Origin: Amoebophrya sp. A120
Lineage: Eukaryota > Protista > Dinoflagellata
Assembly: GCA_905178155.1 (NCBI GenBank)
Contig: CAJINV010000005.1
Coordinates: 2,945,161-3,009,160 of the forward strand
Reading direction: 5' to 3'
Length of the DNA: 64,000 bases
Part shown: positions 59,201 to 64,000 of the stretch, piece after piece
How positions within the stretch are numbered: position 1 is the first letter of the stretch
Layout of the letters: each line of letters begins with the position of its first letter
Made by a program: the position numbers and the translations under genes
The notes under the pieces: model-generated
The model's database searches: none
Told to the model about the DNA's origin: nothing
The model's input: the letters and a program-made list of their open reading frames with translations, nothing else

Positions 59201-62126
59201 TGGCTGGTTTATTTGGCACAGACAGTGAGCGATGCGGAGGCGGATTTCATTTGCGAGCAGACAGCGGCCGTGTTCGAAATTAGCTTCCCACCTGTAGATG
59301 AGGAGGAGGCGGGGATACCTTTGATTCCTCCACCCGATGACGGCGACGTTGCTGCCTTGAGTTCTCCGGAGCAGAGCCTCCACGGGCGCAAGAGTGCGGC
59401 GTCCGGGAGCACTAGTGCTTTTCGCGGCTCGCCTGTGAATGATTCGTCTGAGAAGGACTGGAAGATCAGCGTCACCAGCGGGCAGCCAAGAGTCTCCTCA
59501 GACCAGAACAACCGACACATCGAGACGACCCCGCAGTCTGTGCCTAGCAGTTACCCGGCTAGAGGCAGCAACGACGCGCTCCCAGGTGGAGCCAGGGGCT
59601 CCAATGTGCTGCACCTCCCACGACCGCGTTTTAACACGATAAAATCAGAAATTCACCACCCGACCGGGTCTCGATTGGTGCGAGCGCAGTCGACACTGTC
59701 GCAGGTGGAGTTGCAGCCAGTTAGGAATTTGATAAGAGCGGTAAGCTTGATCAAGGACAACAGGAAAGTTGGCTGCCCGTTGACCGCGCTGCAGCGGGCG
59801 CACGCACAAAGACCGCGAAATCGAAGGACGGGGTATAATCTCCACCATGAACAAGAGGTCTATCCGCGGGGACAAGGAGACACTAGCAGCCCAGAGACCG
59901 ATGAAGCAGATGAGAGTTCGAGTACCCATCTTCTGGCTGCGGTAAGACATGAAGGGTCTTCGGAGCTAAATGGGCACCGTGGGCAAGAAGAAGACAAATC
60001 CTATGTGCGCAAATCCCTGCCCCCGTTCTTCACAAATCAGTTTCCCGCGCTGCTTGCGCGCATCCTCCGGGAGGATTGGCGGCGAAAAACCCCGATGCTG
60101 ATGCGGTTTCTTTCCCCGGCGGTGCAAACGGCCATTATGGGCGCGGTGTTTTGGCAGATGGGCACGGACTTGTACAACGGCAGAACCGTAACGGGAGAGC
60201 AATTGCAAACAGAAGCAGACTTCGCGTCCGCGATCGTGAATTTGAACGGCGCGACGTTGAACACCTACACGGTGCTGCTCTTCACGGCCGCGGGCCAACA
60301 GGTGAGTTCTTTGGGCCGGGAACGGCCAATGTTCTTGCGGGAGTACACCAGCGGGATGTATTCTCTGTGGACCTACTTGCTGGTGCGGATGATCGCGGAA
60401 ATTGTCGTGATGGTATAATAGTCTTGATTTGCCCACCAACCTCACGTGAAAAAAATCGATTTTCATAAACTTAAGTCCGCTCGGGGGGAGGAGGTTTTGC
60501 GTTCTAACGCAGATGTTGTTGTCCACAGGCGCGGGGGTCAGCTATTCTTGATGTGCTGTACAACGACATCGCTAGGTGTTAAACAGGAACATTTTTGTAA
60601 ACAAATGAGCGGGACGAGCTGGGGCAACAAGCGTAAGTCTAAAATGTACACAGGACGAGCAGTCATCCAAGAACTACTTAATATAATTGCGTGCAACTAC
60701 ACAAATTCACTTTCATTATCACAGCCACTCCAAGTCGGCCTGATCTACATCATCCTCTACTTCACGCTGGGTCTCTATGGAAGCGTCAGAATCGAAATCG
60801 ACAAAGTCGAAAAATTTGTAATGCATAAGATCGATACCAGTTGGACCCAGGTCCTATAGTCGGCGCATGACAAATTTTCCCCGCGCCGGAAGCGAGTTTG
60901 TCATGCTGTTTAGGGCAAAAGAGCTCCCTGCTGTCATGCTAGTCAGCAGCCCAACACTTGACCCTTGCCAGGACTAGAATCCGCCTCCCTTGCATCCTCT
61001 GCAATAGAGTCGCTTTTTGTGTGGCATTTTATGCATTACAGATAATTTCGACTTTGTCAATTTCGATTCTGACACTTCCATAGTCTCGGCGCACACACCG
61101 CCCCCTGGTGGATCATGCTGTCCATGTTCCTGATATCATTTGTAAAAACGTCCCCACCCCAGAGTTGCAATGCAAATCTGCATGCTGAAAACGTTTCTCA
61201 TGCGGAGACACATGAGAAGCAGCCTCTAGTCGTGTTTTTGGATTTGTGGTGCTAGAATCAGCATGATGTGCTAGATCTGTGATGCTGCTGAACAAGCCAA
61301 ACATGATTACACTACGAGGCCAAACTTGTCATGCGCAACAGCAAAAGCTGACAGATTTGTCTAGCAGATTTTCTACCTTGACTCTGGTGTGGGGACGTTT
61401 TTACTCAGGATACCTGACCGGTCTTGCCGGCGGCTCCATCGGCCTCTTCCTCGCCTCCGCGACGGCCAACCTGCCCGGAACCGCGATCGTTTGGGCGCCG
61501 TTTGTGCTCACGACGATCCCCAACAGTTTTGCCAATCCGTTTCGCCCCATCTCGCAGATTCCGAAATTCATATCCTGGCTGCAGTGGCTCGTACCGATCC
61601 GCTTCGCGTATAACCTCCAGGGGTGGTTTTTGTTCTCCGAGCTGGGCAAGGATCTAAAATTCGCGGCAACGGATCCAGCCCGGTATCCGATGCAAATATG
61701 TCTGGGGCTGGAAGGATGCAACTTGTCACGCTAGTGCCTTCGGACTGTAAGTACATAAAATCTGTCTTGCATGCGAACTGCAAAAGAGATCCAGTTTTTG
61801 CTACGCGGAGAGGGCATTTTTCGTCCGGTATGGGCATATCGGAAAGCCCTCGCAGAATCTGGGATGCTAAAGGGCATGCAACACAGACATTATGAGCCGT
61901 GGGTAATATGCATGACAAGCCTGGCACTCATCCAGACCACCCAGACATACTTGCAATGCATACGCGGGCCGACATCGCGATTGCGGCGAGAGACTCCTTC
62001 TTCGAAAGTGAGTCCACTGTGTCGGATATCGGATTGTATCTAGGCGCGATTGTGGCCTTGCTGTTTGGCTTTCGGTTGTTCGCGGGCTCTTTTCTGCTGT
62101 GCAACAGCCAGAAAATGACGAGGTGA
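56210..62126 (+). CDS. ABCG (White-family) half-transporter, paralog 2; 8 TIR introns plus one GT-AG intron (60413-60724)
   Basis: Walker A GPSGAGKSS; AYVLQDD; ISGGERKRVAVG; LMLDEPTSGLD; CTLHQP; ERPMFLREYTSGMY. Start codon tentative. Confidence 0.92.
56739..56888. mobile_element. Introner-like TIR element, family F
   Basis: TATGAAATGCAAAAGCATCGTACTAGTA...TACGAGTGCGATACTTTTGCACAGGATA; direct repeat ctggc/ctggc. Confidence 0.85.
56946..57266. mobile_element. Introner-like TIR element, family B
   Basis: TATCACGATGAAAAATCCCCCCTCCCCA...TGGGGAGGGGGGATTTTTCCTCTCAATA; direct repeat gcagc/gcagc; reverse-complement homolog of 8040-8360. Confidence 0.92.
57322..57583. mobile_element. Introner-like TIR element, family A
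   Basis: Family A TIRs; direct repeat cggga/cggga. Confidence 0.92.
57647..57899. mobile_element. Introner-like TIR element, family A (252/253-bp subfamily)
   Basis: Family A TIRs; direct repeat ttccg/ttccg. Removal gives CFGCFRPGEVTALIGPSGAGKS. Confidence 0.95.
57976..58314. mobile_element. Introner-like TIR element, diverged family C
   Basis: TATGCCCAGTGAAAAC..CCCCAGCA...TGCTGGTGGGGACGCTTTTCCTGAGGATA; direct repeat cgccg/cgccg. Removal gives NLLAARVKG. Confidence 0.85.
60776..61082. mobile_element. Introner-like TIR element, family G (TIR about 50 bp)
   Basis: TATGGAAGCGTCAGAATCGAAATCGACAAAGTCGAAA...TTTCGACTTTGTCAATTTCGATTCTGACACTTCCATA; direct repeat gtctc/gtctc. Confidence 0.93.
61134..61412. 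mobile_element. Introner-like TIR element, family C
   Basis: TATCATTTGTAAAAACGTCCCCAC...GTGGGGACGTTTTTACTCAGGATA; direct repeat cctga/cctga. Confidence 0.92.
61684..61962. mobile_element. Introner-like TIR element, family A
   Basis: TATCCGATGCAAATATGTCTGGGGCTGGAAG...CCAGACATACTTGCAATGCATA; direct repeat cccgg/cgcgg. Confidence 0.87.
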
Positions 62127-62944
62127 AGAAGGTTTTTGGAGTCGAAGCGGAAGGTTTTGCGGATTTTGAATAAAACTCCTGCAGTTTGGTTTGCACGACA
62201 CTGTAATTTTTTTTGTGATCAGCTTGACGAGCGTACTGTTTAGAATCTCGTGAAGGGGAAATCGAGTAAAGGAGAAACAAGAAAAGGCGTGACTGTCTGA
62301 AGTGCCTTGAACTTCTAACACCATGCGCAGGAGTTAGAAGAAAAAAAGAGAGTCCGAGGAGCTGACAGCTGTAGCTTTAAATTTGTTCAGTGTGATCCTC
62401 CACCCGTGATATTTAGATACCCTTGGTCCGCAGGCACAGTAGAGATGAACGATCTTCAAATTCCCAGTTCACTTCTAAAGATCTGGCTCTCGATCGTGCA
62501 AAATTCCAGTTCAGTTTTAAAGATCTGACAACTGCAGTGCTATACGGCGAAAGCACCCTGATCGATGCCAAGAGATCTTCCGCGTTCTAAATCGGAAAGC
62601 GCGAGGATCTGTCGTTGGTGCAAGGTAACATTCCAAAGCCAAACGATCTAGATCACGAGGATCCGCGGACGATCTGTAAAAATATCCACGTTGATGGAGA
62701 TGTAAATATGGTCAAGTGGAAGATCATGTTGCTGTCTTTATGTTCTCGCAAACTACCATAGATTCATGATCTAAGGACGCACTGCAATTGGAAACAAAGG
62801 TCACCAAAACTTCGAAACACTCTTCAAAACTCCTTCACAATCACGCGCAAAACACAGGGACCCTTTGAATCGGATTTTCTTCCTGATTCAAACACTCTAC
62901 ACGGGACGTGATTTAGGTTTTATCTCCACACAAAAAAACACAAG

Positions 62945-64000
62945 ATGCCGAAGGCTGAGATGAAGGGCAAGAAGTCTGCTGCGCAGAAGAAGAAGCTGCC
63001 GCAGGCCCCGCTGGGCGCTCCGGTCATCAAGGGAAACAAGAAGAACCCCCTGATTGAGAAGAAGGCCCGCAACTACCGCATCGGTGGCGACATCCAGCCC
63101 AAGCGCAACCTGACCCGCTTCGTCAAATGGCCGCAGTACATCCGTTTGCAGCGCCAGAAGCGCATCTTCATGCAGCGCGCCAAGGTACAGGAGCGTGATG
63201 TGATGTGCTGTCTGGCATAATTTAAAAACACACATGTAGATTTGAACGCAAAGTTCTTTTGAGAGCAGATTTATATTTTTCTGCCTCGCATGGCGTGAAA
63301 TGCGTTTTGATGCATGACAGAGTGTGCCGCTCATGCTAAAACCGCAATACCAAACTTTCTATCCAGGTCCCGCCCAGCGTTGCTCAGTTCAACCACACCA
63401 TGGACAAGTCTCAGTTCACGCAGCTGCACCGTCTGTGCAAGAAGATCGCTCCGGAGACCAAGGCCGACAAGAAGCAGCGCCTCAAGGACATGGCTGGTAT
63501 TTACTTTACTATAGCTTATTTGAAGCATTACTTACTACTTGCGCGCATGAGCATAACAGAGAGAGATTTTGATGCCAGAAGGACTGCACGAGAAGCTTTT
63601 TTTTTCTGTCTCGAGCGCTATCAATTTGTACGCTCTTAAGTAGACATAGCGACGTGTTTTGGAATCTATATCCTCGTTCTATCTATGTACAACTACTATC
63701 CCAAAATTGCCCACAGGCAAGGACAAGGAGACCGAAAACAAGTGCCCGCCGACCATCAAGTTCGGTATCAACCACGTTACGGAACTGGTCGAGTCCAAGA
63801 AGGCCAAGCTCGTCATCATCTCCCACGATGTCGACCCGATTGAGCTCGTCGTGTGGCTCCCGGCGCTGTGCCGCAAGAAGAACGTGCCGTTCTGCATCAT
63901 CAAGTCCAAGTCCCGCCTCGGCCAGCTCGTCGGCCAGAAGACCTGCGCCGCCGCCTGCATCGTCAACGTCGCGAAGGAGGACCAGAAGGAACTGGTATCG
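62945..64000 (+). CDS. RPL7A: 60S ribosomal protein L7a (eL8); 3' end runs off the window
   Basis: [39 protein letters not shown]...KVPPSVAQF...[44 protein letters not shown] introns 63185-63366 and 63497-63716. Confidence 0.97.

Noticed and set aside
58244-59383. 379-aa minus-strand ORF and similar long antisense ORFs (15743-16876, 12162-13169)
   Set aside because: They are antisense shadows of GC-rich coding exons.
533-61962. Recurrent peptides SNVKMSGSGR, LPDPDIF, FQTQTFLHLI and WGGGIF as a protein repeat family
   Set aside because: They are translations of the family A and B terminal inverted repeats in various frames.
63185-63366. C/D box snoRNA in RPL7A intron 1
   Set aside because: TGATGT resembles a C box, but no CTGA D box or terminal stem was found.
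1-64000. Dinoflagellate spliced-leader relic (CCGTAGCCATTTTGGCTCAAG), tRNA or rRNA genes
   Set aside because: None was seen by eye on either strand; a computational scan is needed to exclude degenerate copies.

Overview
This is eukaryotic genomic DNA from a protist. The intron architecture closely matches what is reported for the parasitic dinoflagellate Amoebophrya (Syndiniales); that taxon assignment is inference. About 14 protein-coding genes fall in two co-directional blocks. The minus-strand block (1-42951) holds CCDC39, several low-complexity proteins, WDR43/UTP5, a BRCT protein, a secreted EF-hand protein, an RRM-RS-PDZ protein and a GDA1/CD39 apyrase. The plus-strand block (45853-64000) holds a TFIIS-like protein, two tandem ABCG half-transporters and RPL7A. 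The dominant feature is a set of about 28 clear and about 6 decayed 150-340 bp transposon-like elements, each inserted inside coding sequence. They belong to at least 7 terminal-inverted-repeat families; the clear copies start TAT, end ATA and are flanked by a 5-bp direct repeat. Removing the element plus one repeat copy restores the reading frame without GT-AG sites, so they appear to act as non-canonical introns (introners). Other observations: an 811-bp foldback element nested inside one introner; a TGT(C/G/A)ATGC motif shared across families and found in canonical introns; apparent introner-to-GT-AG conversions; a 16-bp variant minisatellite; and a divergent strand-switch region with a 26-nt G run. 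No transposase, rRNA, tRNA or CRISPR was seen. All calls were made by eye, without database searches.
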